Part shown: positions 54,659-63,670 of the stretch, in pieces
How the letters are laid out: every line of letters starts with the position of its first letter
How positions within the stretch are numbered: position 1 is the first letter of the stretch
Assembly (NCBI GenBank): GCA_020638655.1
Contig: JACKIC010000003.1
Coordinates: 136,990 to 200,989 of the forward strand
DNA length: 64,000 bases
Source: Planctomycetota bacterium
Lineage (GTDB): Bacteria > Planctomycetota > UBA1135 > UBA2386
Reading direction: 5' to 3'
Program-made: the position numbers and the translations under genes
Notes under the pieces: generated by a model
The model's database searches: none
Told to the model about the DNA's origin: nothing
What the model saw: the letters and a program-made list of their open reading frames with translations, nothing else

Positions 54659-54671
54659 GCCCCGACGGGGC
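54659..54671 (-). terminator. Short GC hairpin (GCCCC-GAC-GGGGC) downstream of egtB
   Basis: 5-bp stem, 62 nt past stop 54733, followed on the minus strand by UUCCCAUU. A weak candidate. Confidence 0.25.
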
Positions 54672-54732
54672 GCGGCCGACGAAGTAGGGCCGCAATGGGC
54701 TCGATCGCGGCGCCACGGCGCGTTCCGCGTCG

Positions 54733-56049
54733 TCACGTTCCCAGCGAGCGCGCCAGCCGCAGCCCCGTGAACTGCCAGCGCTTCTCGGGCTGGAAGAAGT
54801 TGCGGTAGGTGGGCCGGAAGTGCTCGCGCGGCGTCGCTACCGAGCCGCCGCGCAGGACGTTCTGGCCGCTCATGAACTTGCCGTTGTACTCGCCGAGCGC
54901 GCCTTCCAGCGGGCGGTAGCCCGGATAGGGCAGATACGCGGACGAGGTCCACTCCCAGGCGTCGCCGTACATCTGCCGCAGCCCCTCGGCGTCGTCGGGC
55001 GCCGCGCGCACGTGCAGGACCTGGTCGCCGAACAGGTTCGCGGCCGCGAGCGCCTCGCCCTGGTCGAGCTGCGCCGCGGCGTGCTCCCACTCGAACTCGG
55101 TCGGAAGGCGCGCCCCGGCCCAGCGCGCGAAGGCGTCGCTCTCGAAGCCGCTGACGTGCACGACGGGCGCGTCGGGCTCGAGCGGCGCGCGGCCGTGCAG
55201 GGTCGTCTCGCTCCAGCCGTCGCCGTCGCGTTCCCAATAGAGCGGCGCATACCAGCCCAGGCGCTGCACGGCGCTCCAGCCGTCGGACAGCCACAGCTCG
55301 GCGCGCGCGTAGCCGCCGTCCTCGACGAACTGCAGGTACTCGGCGTTGGTCACCAGCCGGTCGGCGAGGTCGAACGGCTCGAGCCAGACGCGGTGGCGCG
55401 GGGTCTCGTTGTCGAAGCCGAAGCCGGCGCCGTCGTGGCCGATCTCGACCAGCCCGCCGTCGAAGCGTCGCCACCGCGCGGCGCCGCGGTGCGTCGCGAT
55501 CCCGGCCGCGCCGCGCGCGGCGGGCTCGGGCGCCGGTCGGTACGCGGGGCGCTCGGGATTGCTGGCCAGGATGTGCTTGATGTCGGTCACGAGCAGCTCT
55601 TGGTGCTGTTGTTCGTGCTGCAGGCCGAGCTCGACGATCGCGGCGACCTTGGCCGGCAGGCCGGCGGCGAGCAGCTCGTGCATCTGCTCGTCGACGGCGC
55701 GGCGGTACTCGTGCACCCGCGCCAGCGTCGGCCGCGACAGCGCGCCGCGTGCGGCGCGTTCGGCGCGCGGCCCGACGGCTTCGTAGTAGGAGTTGAACAG
55801 GAAGCCGAAGTGCGGGTCGAACGGCCGGTGGTTCGCGGCGTTCGGCGCGAGCACGAAGGTCTCGAAGAACCAGGTGGTGTGCGCGAGGTGCCACTTCGGC
55901 GGCGAGACGTCGTCGATGGTCTGGACGACGTGGTCTTCGACGCACAGGGGCGCGGTGATCGCTTCGGTTCGCCGCCGCACCTGCTGGTAACGCGACGCGT
56001 CCACGACGGTGGTGTCGGTCGGGGGGCGCATCGGCGCAGGATGGGCCAC
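54733..56049 (-). CDS. egtB: Ergothioneine biosynthesis sulfoxide synthase EgtB (DinB_2 plus FGE-sulfatase domains)
   Basis: It has PPKWHLAHTTWFFETF, LGLQHEQQHQELL, the FGE-like core GDAWEWTSS and RGGS. The start is GTG 56049 or ATG 56031. Confidence 0.85.
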   Translation of the reverse strand: MAHPAPMRPPTDTTVVDASRYQQVRRRTEAITAPLCVEDHVVQTIDDVSPPKWHLAHTTWFFETFVLAPNAANHRPFDPHFGFLFNSYYEAVGPRAERAARGALSRPTLARVHEYRRAVDEQMHELLAAGLPAKVAAIVELGLQHEQQHQELLVTDIKHILASNPERPAYRPAPEPAARGAAGIATHRGAARWRRFDGGLVEIGHDGAGFGFDNETPRHRVWLEPFDLADRLVTNAEYLQFVEDGGYARAELWLSDGWSAVQRLGWYAPLYWERDGDGWSETTLHGRAPLEPDAPVVHVSGFESDAFARWAGARLPTEFEWEHAAAQLDQGEALAAANLFGDQVLHVRAAPDDAEGLRQMYGDAWEWTSSAYLPYPGYRPLEGALGEYNGKFMSGQNVLRGGSVATPREHFRPTYRNFFQPEKRWQFTGLRLARSLGT

Positions 56050-56082
56050 GACCCGGGGTGGTTCAACCGTTCGCGCCGAACC

Positions 56083-57198
56083 TCACTTCTTCGCGCCCGC
56101 GCGAGCCGGGGCGAAACGGCGGATGCACGCGCCCGCGACCGCGTCGCAGGCGGCGCCGGCCTCACCTTGGTTGCACGTGACGAGCACCCCGAACTTCGCT
56201 TCGGGGGCCAGCCACGCGACGCAGTACCACATGGTGTTGCTGCCCGAATGCGAGAGGATCGGGCCCTTGGCCCAGGGGCGGGTGGTGACGCCCCAGCCCA
56301 GCGCGTAGTCGGCGCCTTCGGGCGGCGTGTGCAGCTCGCGCAGGCGTTCGGCCGTGACCAGCGGCTCGTCGCCGGCGACGACGCCCAGGTGCAGCGCCGC
56401 GAACTTCGCCCAGTCGGCCAGCGTGCAGTGCACGGTGCCCGCGGGGCCCAGCGCCGGCGGGTTGTCACCGAAGATCGGCACGGGGCCCTTGGGTCCGGGG
56501 CGGTGCCCCCACGGCTGCGAGGTGTCGTCCTTGCTGCCCGGCGGACCGAAACCGGCGCTGCGCATGCCCAGCGGCGTGAACAGCTGGCGCTGCATCAGCT
56601 CCTCCCAGCTCGCGTCGGCGGCGCGCTCGGCGATCGCGCCGGCGATCATGTAGCTCGCGTTGGAGTAGAGGTAGCGCTCGCCGAGCGGCGCCTCGGGAGC
56701 GATGCCGAGCATCGCCGTCGCGACCTCGCGACGCGCCTCGCGCGTCGTGCCCTCGTAGCGGAACAGTTCGCGCCACAGCGGCTGCGGCGGGCCGCCGGGC
56801 AGGCCGGCGCGGTGCGTGAGCAGGTGCCGCACGGTGATCGCGCGCGCGTGTTCGTCGAACTTGCCGGCGAGGTCGGGCAGGCCGGCGGCGACGGTCGTCG
56901 ACCACTGCAGCTTGCCGGCGTCGACCTGCTGTGCGAGCAGCGTCGCGGTCATCGCCTTGGTGCAGGAGCCGAGGTGCCACAGGTCGTCCGTGGTGACCTT
57001 CTCTTCGTGGCCCTGGCGGCGCACGCCGGTGACGCCGAGCGCGACGACGGCGCCGTCGCGGATCACGGCGGCGCCGAGCGCGGGCACGCCATGCTCGGCG
57101 CGGATCGGCTCGAGCAGTGCGGCGAGGTCGGCGCGTTCCTGGGCGCAGAGCGCGCCCGAGAGCGCGGCGAAGGTGGCGAGGAGGTGGCTGGCGCGCAT
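56083..57198 (-). CDS. Exported serine hydrolase, beta-lactamase/transpeptidase-like (class C family)
   Basis: The signal peptide is MRASHLLATFAALSGALCAQ. The motifs are SxxK (SCTK) and YxN (YSN). Confidence 0.85.
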   Translation of the reverse strand: MRASHLLATFAALSGALCAQERADLAALLEPIRAEHGVPALGAAVIRDGAVVALGVTGVRRQGHEEKVTTDDLWHLGSCTKAMTATLLAQQVDAGKLQWSTTVAAGLPDLAGKFDEHARAITVRHLLTHRAGLPGGPPQPLWRELFRYEGTTREARREVATAMLGIAPEAPLGERYLYSNASYMIAGAIAERAADASWEELMQRQLFTPLGMRSAGFGPPGSKDDTSQPWGHRPGPKGPVPIFGDNPPALGPAGTVHCTLADWAKFAALHLGVVAGDEPLVTAERLRELHTPPEGADYALGWGVTTRPWAKGPILSHSGSNTMWYCVAWLAPEAKFGVLVTCNQGEAGAACDAVAGACIRRFAPARAGAKK

Positions 57199-57241
57199 CG
57201 CCGCAAAGCTATCACCGCCAGCCTGGCGCGTCAGCGTCGGC

Positions 57242-57757
57242 TCACAGGCCGATCGTCATCAGCGCCGCGTCCGACGTCGCGATCGCGTCGTAGTTGCAGC
57301 CGACGAAGCCGCACTGGGTGTGCAGCATGAGCCACTGCGCATAGACGTTGACGCCGATCAGCCACGTCGCGTTCGGGATCACGAAGTCGTAGTGGTCCTG
57401 GTACTGCGGCAGCACCGGATCGACCGGCATCGGGATCATCACATCGGCGGAGATCAGGCCCATGCAGCCGGCCGGCTGCTGCGGCAGGATCGACTGCGGG
57501 ATCGGGAACACCGACTGGTTGAAGCCCAGGCCGATCTGCGGCCAGGCGATCTGCTGCGCGAAGTTGTGGGTGTGGTTGGGGCCCGAGTAGGTGATGGTGC
57601 AGGTCGTGCCGAGTTGCGGCAGGCCCTGGTTGCCGATCGCCAACGTCTGGTTGTCGAAGGTGCAGCCGGCGCCGAACGGGGTGAACGACGCGTTCTGGGC
57701 GAGCGCCGCGGTGGTGGTCGCGGCGGAGAGGAACAGGGTGGTGAAGAGCTTGTGCAT
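57242..57757 (-). CDS. Small exported protein: signal peptide plus an expanded version of the recurrent module
   Basis: ATG 57757 with signal peptide MHKLFTTLFLSAATTTAALAQ. The mature part is FTPFGAGC...LPQLGTTCTITYSG...QQPAGCMGLI...IPNATWLIGVNVYAQWLML...ALMTIGL. The rest of ORF 57242-58912 upstream is Arg-rich and was rejected. Confidence 0.7.
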   Translation of the reverse strand: MHKLFTTLFLSAATTTAALAQNASFTPFGAGCTFDNQTLAIGNQGLPQLGTTCTITYSGPNHTHNFAQQIAWPQIGLGFNQSVFPIPQSILPQQPAGCMGLISADVMIPMPVDPVLPQYQDHYDFVIPNATWLIGVNVYAQWLMLHTQCGFVGCNYDAIATSDAALMTIGL

Positions 57758-57922
57758 TGGGGTTTCCAGGGACGTGCAGTAGCCGGCCGGGACGAACTTT
57801 CTACGCAGGCGGGAAACTGTCCCGGCGACGGCCACCAGTTTCAGCTCGGGGCAAGGTCGTGTCGATGGGGACGACAGCGCGGCGTCCGACCGTCGCGAAA
57901 ACCCCCGAACGCGAGCCCCACG

Positions 57923-58813
57923 ATGAGAACCGCGACGCTGTCCCTGCTGCCCCTGCTGTTCGTCGCCTGCCAGTCGCCGATGCCCGCAGCGCCGCGCTCT
58001 GCTGCGGCTGCCGTCGAGGCCGCCCTGCGGGGCACCGTATCCGCCGAGAACGCCGTCGCGGACGTGCCCGAGGCCGCGGTGCGCGCCGTCGACCCCGAAG
58101 TCGCCGCGCTGCTCAAGGCGACCTTGCGCGACTACTCGGTGCGGCGCCGCGTCGCGCTCGAGAATCTCGCCAACGTGCACACCACGGGCTACAAGCGGCG
58201 CGTCGTCGCGATCGCGCCGCGCGCGGCGCTTGGCAGCCAGGGCACTCCGGTCCCGGTACCCGCGAGCGCCGATGCCTGCCCGGTGTTCAGCAACGGCGCG
58301 TTGTTCGTCACCGAGCGCATGCTCGACCTGGCCATCGAGGGCGACGGGTTCTTCGCCGTGGTGCTGTGCGACGGCAGCACCGGCTACACGCGCGACGGGC
58401 GCCTGCACGTCGACCGCGGCGGCAAACTCACCACGACCGACGGGTGTGTGCTGCTGCCCGAGATCACGGTGCCTGGCGATGCGCTCGAGATCTCGATCGA
58501 CCCGAGTGGCCGGGTCAGCGGCCGCACCGCGGGCAGTCCGGACACCTCGACGGGCTTCGGCCAACTGACCCTTGCGCTCTTCGTCAACCCCGAGGGCCTG
58601 CTGCCTCGCTTCGGGCGCTGGCTGCAGACCGACAACTCCGGCCCGCCGTGCACCGGCGCACCTGGCACGATCGGGCTCGGGATGCTCAAGCAGGGCTGCC
58701 TCGAGGGTTCCAACGTGCAGTTCGGCGAAGAGATGATCGAACTGCAGGCCCTCGAGCGGCAGTACCAGGTGCTCACCGAGGTGATGCAGAAGTTCGGCCT
58801 GATCGCGCCCTGA
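57923..58813 (+). CDS. Flagellar basal-body rod protein homologue (FlgG/FlgF-like); ORF carries a lipoprotein-type leader
   Basis: The rod-protein motifs are ENLANVHTTGYKR, LDLAIEGDGFFAV, GYTRDGRLHVD and CLEGSNVQFGEEMIELQALERQY. ATG 57923 gives MRTATLSLLPLLFVAC. The alternative GTG 58079 (GAGG 5 nt upstream) gives a canonical leaderless ~244-aa rod protein. Confidence 0.8.
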   Translation: MRTATLSLLPLLFVACQSPMPAAPRSAAAAVEAALRGTVSAENAVADVPEAAVRAVDPEVAALLKATLRDYSVRRRVALENLANVHTTGYKRRVVAIAPRAALGSQGTPVPVPASADACPVFSNGALFVTERMLDLAIEGDGFFAVVLCDGSTGYTRDGRLHVDRGGKLTTTDGCVLLPEITVPGDALEISIDPSGRVSGRTAGSPDTSTGFGQLTLALFVNPEGLLPRFGRWLQTDNSGPPCTGAPGTIGLGMLKQGCLEGSNVQFGEEMIELQALERQYQVLTEVMQKFGLIAP

Positions 58814-58862
58814 GCAGCGCCGCGGTTGTGGGCTCGTCGTCGGCTGGCGATGATGCGCCGCG

Positions 58863-59483
58863 ATGGCCACCCTGCGAATCCGCGAACGGCTGCGCGCGGC
58901 GAAGCCCGGCAAGATCCTGCTCGAGCTGGTGATCGTATTCGTCGGCGTCTACGCCGCGTTCGTGCTCAACAACTACCAGGCAGAGCGCCAGGCGGCGCGC
59001 AGCCGGGGGCACGTGATCGAACTGCTGCGCGTCGGTCTCGACCGCTACGAGAAGCTGTTCGCCGGCTTCGTGCTGCGCCACGACAACACCAACCCGCAGT
59101 TCCGCGCCGCGCTCGACCGCGGCGAACTGCCCGCGTTCGGCGACGACTTCTATCCGGCGCCGCAGTATCCGATCGAGATGATCGACCACGTCGTGACCCA
59201 GGAGAGCTACGGCGTGTTCTCGGTAGACGTCTACGTGCCCCTGATCGCCTTCCAGAACGCCTTGCGCCGGCTGATGTACGTCGAGGAGAAGCTCGTCGAG
59301 CTGTCGACCGCGAGCGAGCCGCTGCCGCCAGCGGACCACCCCGACCACTCGTGGGTGCGGGCGCGCCAGGAGCAGCGCGCAGAGCGCTACTACCGGTATC
59401 TCGAGATCCGCCGGCGCACCAGCCAGGAACTGGCCGAGCGCGCCAAGGCCATCGGCGAGCAGCTCGACGCGCTGGCGAAGTGA
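58863..59483 (+). CDS. Single-pass membrane protein of unknown function
   Basis: ATG 58863. The N-terminal anchor KILLELVIVFVGVYAAFVLNNYQAE resembles the E-x-x-I-V-x-x-G-x-x-x-A-x-x-x-NN-W/Y anchor of an uncharacterised family common in Bacteroidota (I believe DUF6090, unverified). Composition is balanced and Y/F/E-rich. Confidence 0.65.
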   Translation: MATLRIRERLRAAKPGKILLELVIVFVGVYAAFVLNNYQAERQAARSRGHVIELLRVGLDRYEKLFAGFVLRHDNTNPQFRAALDRGELPAFGDDFYPAPQYPIEMIDHVVTQESYGVFSVDVYVPLIAFQNALRRLMYVEEKLVELSTASEPLPPADHPDHSWVRARQEQRAERYYRYLEIRRRTSQELAERAKAIGEQLDALAK

Positions 59484-59496
59484 GCTGCGGGCGCGG

Positions 59497-62400
59497 TCAG
59501 TTGCCGCTGGCCGGCAGCTCGGCGAGCTCGCGTTCGGTCTTGGCCGCCGCGTCTTCGTCGCCGGCCTGGCGATACAGCTCGATCAACGCGCGGCAGGCGG
59601 CTTCGACGCGGCCGCGGTTGCGCGCGGTGCGGCGGGAATCGAAGGCGAGCCGGTAACCGTCCACCACGCCGCGCTGCGCGGCTGCCGCCGCTGTCGGGGT
59701 GCCGAACTCGCGCTCGGTCGCGACCAGGAGCCCCAGCGTATTGCTGCGCATCACCGCGACCATCGGCGAGTTCGGGTCGTTGCGGTTGGAGCCGCTCGCC
59801 AGCGCCGCGGCGACGCCGTCGCGCGCGCGCTGCGCCATGCGATCGCGCCACGCGGCGTCGTCCTTGGCCGCGCGCGCGCCCTCGAGGGCCAGGCGGGCGA
59901 CCATCTCCTTGCCGATCCAGTCGAAGTCCGGGTCCTCGCCGAGCTCGAGGTAGTGCTGCATGCCGTCGAACGCGGTCTGGAACCGCTTGCCGGCGAGGTC
60001 GATGCGCACGCCGAGTTCGGCGAGCTCGCGGCGCTTGTTGAGGATCTGGCCGTTCGCCGGCAGCTTCGGCGCCAGTTCCTGGTGCAGTTGTGCCGCTGCG
60101 GCGACCAGCGCCGCGGCCTGCTCGTGCTCGCCGAGCTGCAGCAGGCTGCGGGCGAGGTTCTCGCGCACGTCGACGACGCGCGCGCCGATCCAGACCGAGT
60201 CCGGCTGCCGCGCGTAGAGCTGTTCGTATCTCTGCAGCGACTCGCGCTGCGCGGCGGCGGCGTCGGCCGGACGCTGCTGCAGCGCGCGCACGTCGCCGCG
60301 CATGCGCGCGGCTTCGGCGAGCAGCTCGTCCCAGCGCTGCGTCGCGGTGCTGGTGTTGTTCTTCGCCAGCTCGTCGGCGCGGGCCAGGGCGCGTTCAGCG
60401 TCGCTCCAGTCGACCTGCATGCCGTAGCGCGCCCGCATCGTGTCGTGGTGGGCGAGGTCGATCACGGCGCGCAGCAGCTGCTCGCGATAGTCGGTGGCCT
60501 CGGGGTGCTCGGCGAGCAGCTGGTCGTAGAGCGGCAACGCCTCGAGCAGCCCGGCGCGCGCCGCGTCCATCTTGCCGAGCCGTTCCTGCGCGAGCGCCGT
60601 GTTGACGAGCACGACGCCCAGGCCGTAGCGGTGGGCGGGCACGGCGGGGAAGTCGTGCGTGAGCGCGCGCCGCGCGGCGATCGCCGGGGCCAGCTCGTCG
60701 ACGACGCGCGCGAACTGCTCGGTGCGGTACCAGACGCCGGCGATCTCGACCATCGAGCTCAGGTAACGCGCCTGCTCGAGCGGGTCGGGGTCGCGTTCGA
60801 GCTCGGCCTTGGTCAGGCCGTGCAGCTGCTCGGCCGCCGCGATCGCCGCCGCGGGGTCGCCGATCTCGACCAGGAACTGGGCGTGTCTCGCCAGGACCCC
60901 GAACGCCTCGGCGAGCAGCGCGCGGTGTTCGGCGGGCGCGGCCAGCACCGGCTCGAGCAGGGCCACGGCCCGCTCGAACAGCGCGCGCGCGGCCGTCGCG
61001 TCGTCGCCGCGGCGGTGCATCGCGACGCGGCCGTAGATGCGGGCGCCGAGCAGGCGCTGGCTCGGCGTCGGCGCGCCGGCCGCGAGCAGCGTCTGCGCGC
61101 CGCGGAAGGCCTCGTCGAGCCGGGCCTCGCACGCGGCGACGGGCTTGCCCAGCGACTCCATCCACAGCGCCTGCGAGAAGGCCAGGTCGACGTCGAGCTG
61201 GTGCACCTCGGTGCGTTCCTGCTGCGACGCGGGCAGCGCGGTGAGGATCTTGCGCGCCTCGACCAGGCTGTTGATTGCCGGTTCGAACTCGCCGAGCTGG
61301 GCCTGCACGTTGCCGAGGCCGGCGAGCGCACGCGCGGTGCGCAGCTGCAGGCGGCGGCCGCCCGACGCGGCGGCGAGCCGGCGGTGCAGCGCCAGCGCCT
61401 CGCCGAGCAGCTCGCGCCGCACCTCCTCCATGCGCGGCACGATGTCGAGCCGGTCCTCGCCGGCCTTGACCATGCGCTCGACGGCCTCGAGCGCGACGTC
61501 GAGGCTGGCCTCGGACTCCTTGGCCTTGGCCATGGCCTCGGAGTAGAAGCCCAGGCTGGTCACCAGGCCGAGCAGCAGCGCCAGCACCACCGCCGCGAAC
61601 GAGCCGGCCTCGATGCGGTTGCGGCGCACGAACTTGCGCCAGCGGTACCAGGCGGTGCGCGGGCCCGCGCTGATCGGGTCGTTGCGCAGGTGGCCGCGCA
61701 GGTCGGCGGCGAGGTCCGCGGCCATGCCGTAGCGGCGGTTGCGGTCCTTCTCGATCGCCTTCTGCACGATCCAGTCGAGCTCGCCGCGCAGGCCGCGCGC
61801 CAGCGCCGCGGGGCTGCTGCGCCGCCGCCGCGCGCGCTCGTCGCAGCCGGCGCTGCCGTCGTCGGCGATCGCGCTCGGCGGCGGCGGCTCTTCGTCGCGC
61901 AGGATGCGCAGCAGCTCGCCAGGGCCGGCGCGGCGCAGCCGCTCGGAGGGGAACGGCAGGCGGCCGGTGAGCAACTCGTAGAGCACCACGCCGAGCGCGT
62001 GAACGTCGGTGCGCGTATCGACGTCGATCTCGTTGGCGGCCTGCTCGGGGCTCATGTACTCCGGGGTTCCGACCAGCTTGCCGTGGCCGGTGTAGAGCGT
62101 GACGTCGAGCAGGCGCGGGCCCAGCGACTTGGCGACGCCGAAGTCGATCACGGTCGGCCACGGCTTGCCGTCGCGGTCGCCGACCAGGATGTTCGAGGGC
62201 TTGAGGTCGCGGTGCAGGATGCCCTTCTGGTGCGCGGCGTGCACCGCGTCGCCGACCAGGGCGAGCAGCTCGAGGCGCTGCTCGATGCCGAGCGCACGTT
62301 CGTCGCAGTAGCGCGTGATCGGCTGACCCGCGACGTAGTCCATGCACAGGTACGGACGGCCGTCGGGCGTGGTGCCGGCGTCGAGCACGCGCGCGACGTT

Positions 62401-62793
62401 GGGGTGATCGAGCAGCGCCAGCGCCTGTCGTTCGACGGCGAAGCGCGCCAGCACCTCGCGCGAGTCCATGCCGGGGCGGATCACCTTGATCGCGACCTGC
62501 CGGCGCATCGGCTGCTCCTGCACGGCGAGGTAGACCGAACCGACGGCGCCGCTGCCCAGGCGTCGCAGCACGCGGTACTGCCCGATCTGCACCGGGTCCG
62601 GCATCGGCGGCGCGAGCAGGCCGGCGTCGCGCAGGGCGAGCAGTTGCGCGCGCGCCTCGGTGGCGAGCACGGGGTTGGCGGCGAGCAGCCCTTCGACCGC
62701 GCTCTCACCTTCTTGTTCGAAGGCGAGGATGCAGCGGGTGACGAGGCTGGAGAGGTCGTCGCGATCCGAGGGCGGGGTCAGATCGTGAGGCAT
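59497..62793 (-). CDS. Ser/Thr protein kinase with transmembrane segment and long TPR-like C-terminal region
   Basis: ATG 62793. The kinase motifs are GSGAVGSVY, AIK, HRDLKPSNIL, DFG and GTPEYMSPE. The TM helix is FAAVVLALLLGLVTSLGFY, followed by ~650 aa of helical-repeat sequence. The Arg-rich upstream ORF extension to 63687 was rejected. Confidence 0.9.
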   Translation of the reverse strand: MPHDLTPPSDRDDLSSLVTRCILAFEQEGESAVEGLLAANPVLATEARAQLLALRDAGLLAPPMPDPVQIGQYRVLRRLGSGAVGSVYLAVQEQPMRRQVAIKVIRPGMDSREVLARFAVERQALALLDHPNVARVLDAGTTPDGRPYLCMDYVAGQPITRYCDERALGIEQRLELLALVGDAVHAAHQKGILHRDLKPSNILVGDRDGKPWPTVIDFGVAKSLGPRLLDVTLYTGHGKLVGTPEYMSPEQAANEIDVDTRTDVHALGVVLYELLTGRLPFPSERLRRAGPGELLRILRDEEPPPPSAIADDGSAGCDERARRRRSSPAALARGLRGELDWIVQKAIEKDRNRRYGMAADLAADLRGHLRNDPISAGPRTAWYRWRKFVRRNRIEAGSFAAVVLALLLGLVTSLGFYSEAMAKAKESEASLDVALEAVERMVKAGEDRLDIVPRMEEVRRELLGEALALHRRLAAASGGRRLQLRTARALAGLGNVQAQLGEFEPAINSLVEARKILTALPASQQERTEVHQLDVDLAFSQALWMESLGKPVAACEARLDEAFRGAQTLLAAGAPTPSQRLLGARIYGRVAMHRRGDDATAARALFERAVALLEPVLAAPAEHRALLAEAFGVLARHAQFLVEIGDPAAAIAAAEQLHGLTKAELERDPDPLEQARYLSSMVEIAGVWYRTEQFARVVDELAPAIAARRALTHDFPAVPAHRYGLGVVLVNTALAQERLGKMDAARAGLLEALPLYDQLLAEHPEATDYREQLLRAVIDLAHHDTMRARYGMQVDWSDAERALARADELAKNNTSTATQRWDELLAEAARMRGDVRALQQRPADAAAAQRESLQRYEQLYARQPDSVWIGARVVDVRENLARSLLQLGEHEQAAALVAAAAQLHQELAPKLPANGQILNKRRELAELGVRIDLAGKRFQTAFDGMQHYLELGEDPDFDWIGKEMVARLALEGARAAKDDAAWRDRMAQRARDGVAAALASGSNRNDPNSPMVAVMRSNTLGLLVATEREFGTPTAAAAAQRGVVDGYRLAFDSRRTARNRGRVEAACRALIELYRQAGDEDAAAKTERELAELPASGN

Positions 62794-62855
62794 GGCTGAC
62801 GCGCCATGGTAAGCGCCTCGGGGCGAACTTGCCGGCCCCTCGCCGCGCTCCCGGG

Positions 62856-63458
62856 TCACGGCTGTACCCGGCCCAACTTCGCCGCCAGCCGGGCGAGCCC
62901 CCGCGCCGCGAGGCTGCGCACCGCTGCCTCGGAGACGCCCATCTGACTGGCGATCTGCGCGTACGAGATGCCGCCGATGCGGCTCAGCAGGACCACCTCC
63001 CGCTGGTTGTCGGGCAGCTCGTGCACCGCCTGCTCGACCCGGTCCAGTTCTTCGCGGGCGCCGGCGTTGCGCGAGGGCGTGATCATCTGCGCGAAGCTGG
63101 TCAGCAGCTCGCGCGCCTCGGCTTCGCTCGGCAGGTTCACCTCGCGCGCCGGGTCGCGCATCGCCATCTTGTGGTAGCGATAGCGGTCGACGACCTTGCG
63201 CGAGGCCTGCAGGAACAGGAAGGCCCGGAACGACTCCTCGTTGGGGAAGTGCAGCCGGGGCTGGTCGAGCAGCACCTCGCGGCAGACCGACTGGGCGAGG
63301 TCGCTGATCGATTCGCGGGCGGCGAGCGCGCCGCCGACGCGCGCCCGCAGGTAGGCGACCAGCGCCGGCAGGTTGCGCGCGAACAGCTGCTCGAGGGCCG
63401 CATCGGGCTCGGGTCGCGGGTCGCGGTCGGGGCTGGGGCTGTCGCCTGGTTGGCTCAC
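62856..63458 (-). CDS. ECF-type sigma-70 family RNA polymerase sigma factor
   Basis: The region-4 HTH is QREVVLLSRIGGISYAQIASQMGVSEAAVRSLAARGL. The region-2-like segment is DLAQSVCREVLL. GTG 63458 is proposed as the start but is uncertain. The gene lies 62 nt upstream of the kinase gene. Confidence 0.8.
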   Translation of the reverse strand: MSQPGDSPSPDRDPRPEPDAALEQLFARNLPALVAYLRARVGGALAARESISDLAQSVCREVLLDQPRLHFPNEESFRAFLFLQASRKVVDRYRYHKMAMRDPAREVNLPSEAEARELLTSFAQMITPSRNAGAREELDRVEQAVHELPDNQREVVLLSRIGGISYAQIASQMGVSEAAVRSLAARGLARLAAKLGRVQP

Positions 63459-63580
63459 GTGGTCCTGGTTGGTGGGGTGCGCGGCGGGAGTATCGCCGAA
63501 ACGGGCCGGGAATGGCGGGGCGCCTGCTCGCGCCACCTCGGGGCAGCGAGTTGCGGTGCGCCGGCGTTCGCGCATTCTGC

Positions 63581-63606
63581 GGAATCGTCCGGGTCGGATG
63601 CGCGTC
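63581..63606 (+). promoter_or_regulatory. Candidate ECF-type promoter GGAAT-N17-CGTC upstream of the second sigma gene
   Basis: GGAAT 63581-63585 and CGTC 63603-63606 lie ~65 nt upstream of ATG 63671. This is a pattern match only. Confidence 0.2.
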
Positions 63607-63670
63607 GGTGGGGGCCTCAAGATCCGGTGGAAAGGTGAATACCCTGGGCGCGCCCCCGAGACTGAGGAAC

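Noticed and set aside
54733-56049. Reading the FGE-like domain as a sulfatase-maturating formylglycine-generating enzyme
   Set aside because: The N-terminal DinB_2 domain with the HEQQHQELL metal site, together with the overall length, matches EgtB-type sulfoxide synthases rather than stand-alone FGE.
56816-57922. Upstream 369-codon extension of the FlgG-like ORF, and the overlapping 57757-58932(+) ORF
   Set aside because: Their composition is Arg/Ser/Ala-rich, and they are antisense to the beta-lactamase-like and small-module genes. Rod-protein homology starts only after ~58100.
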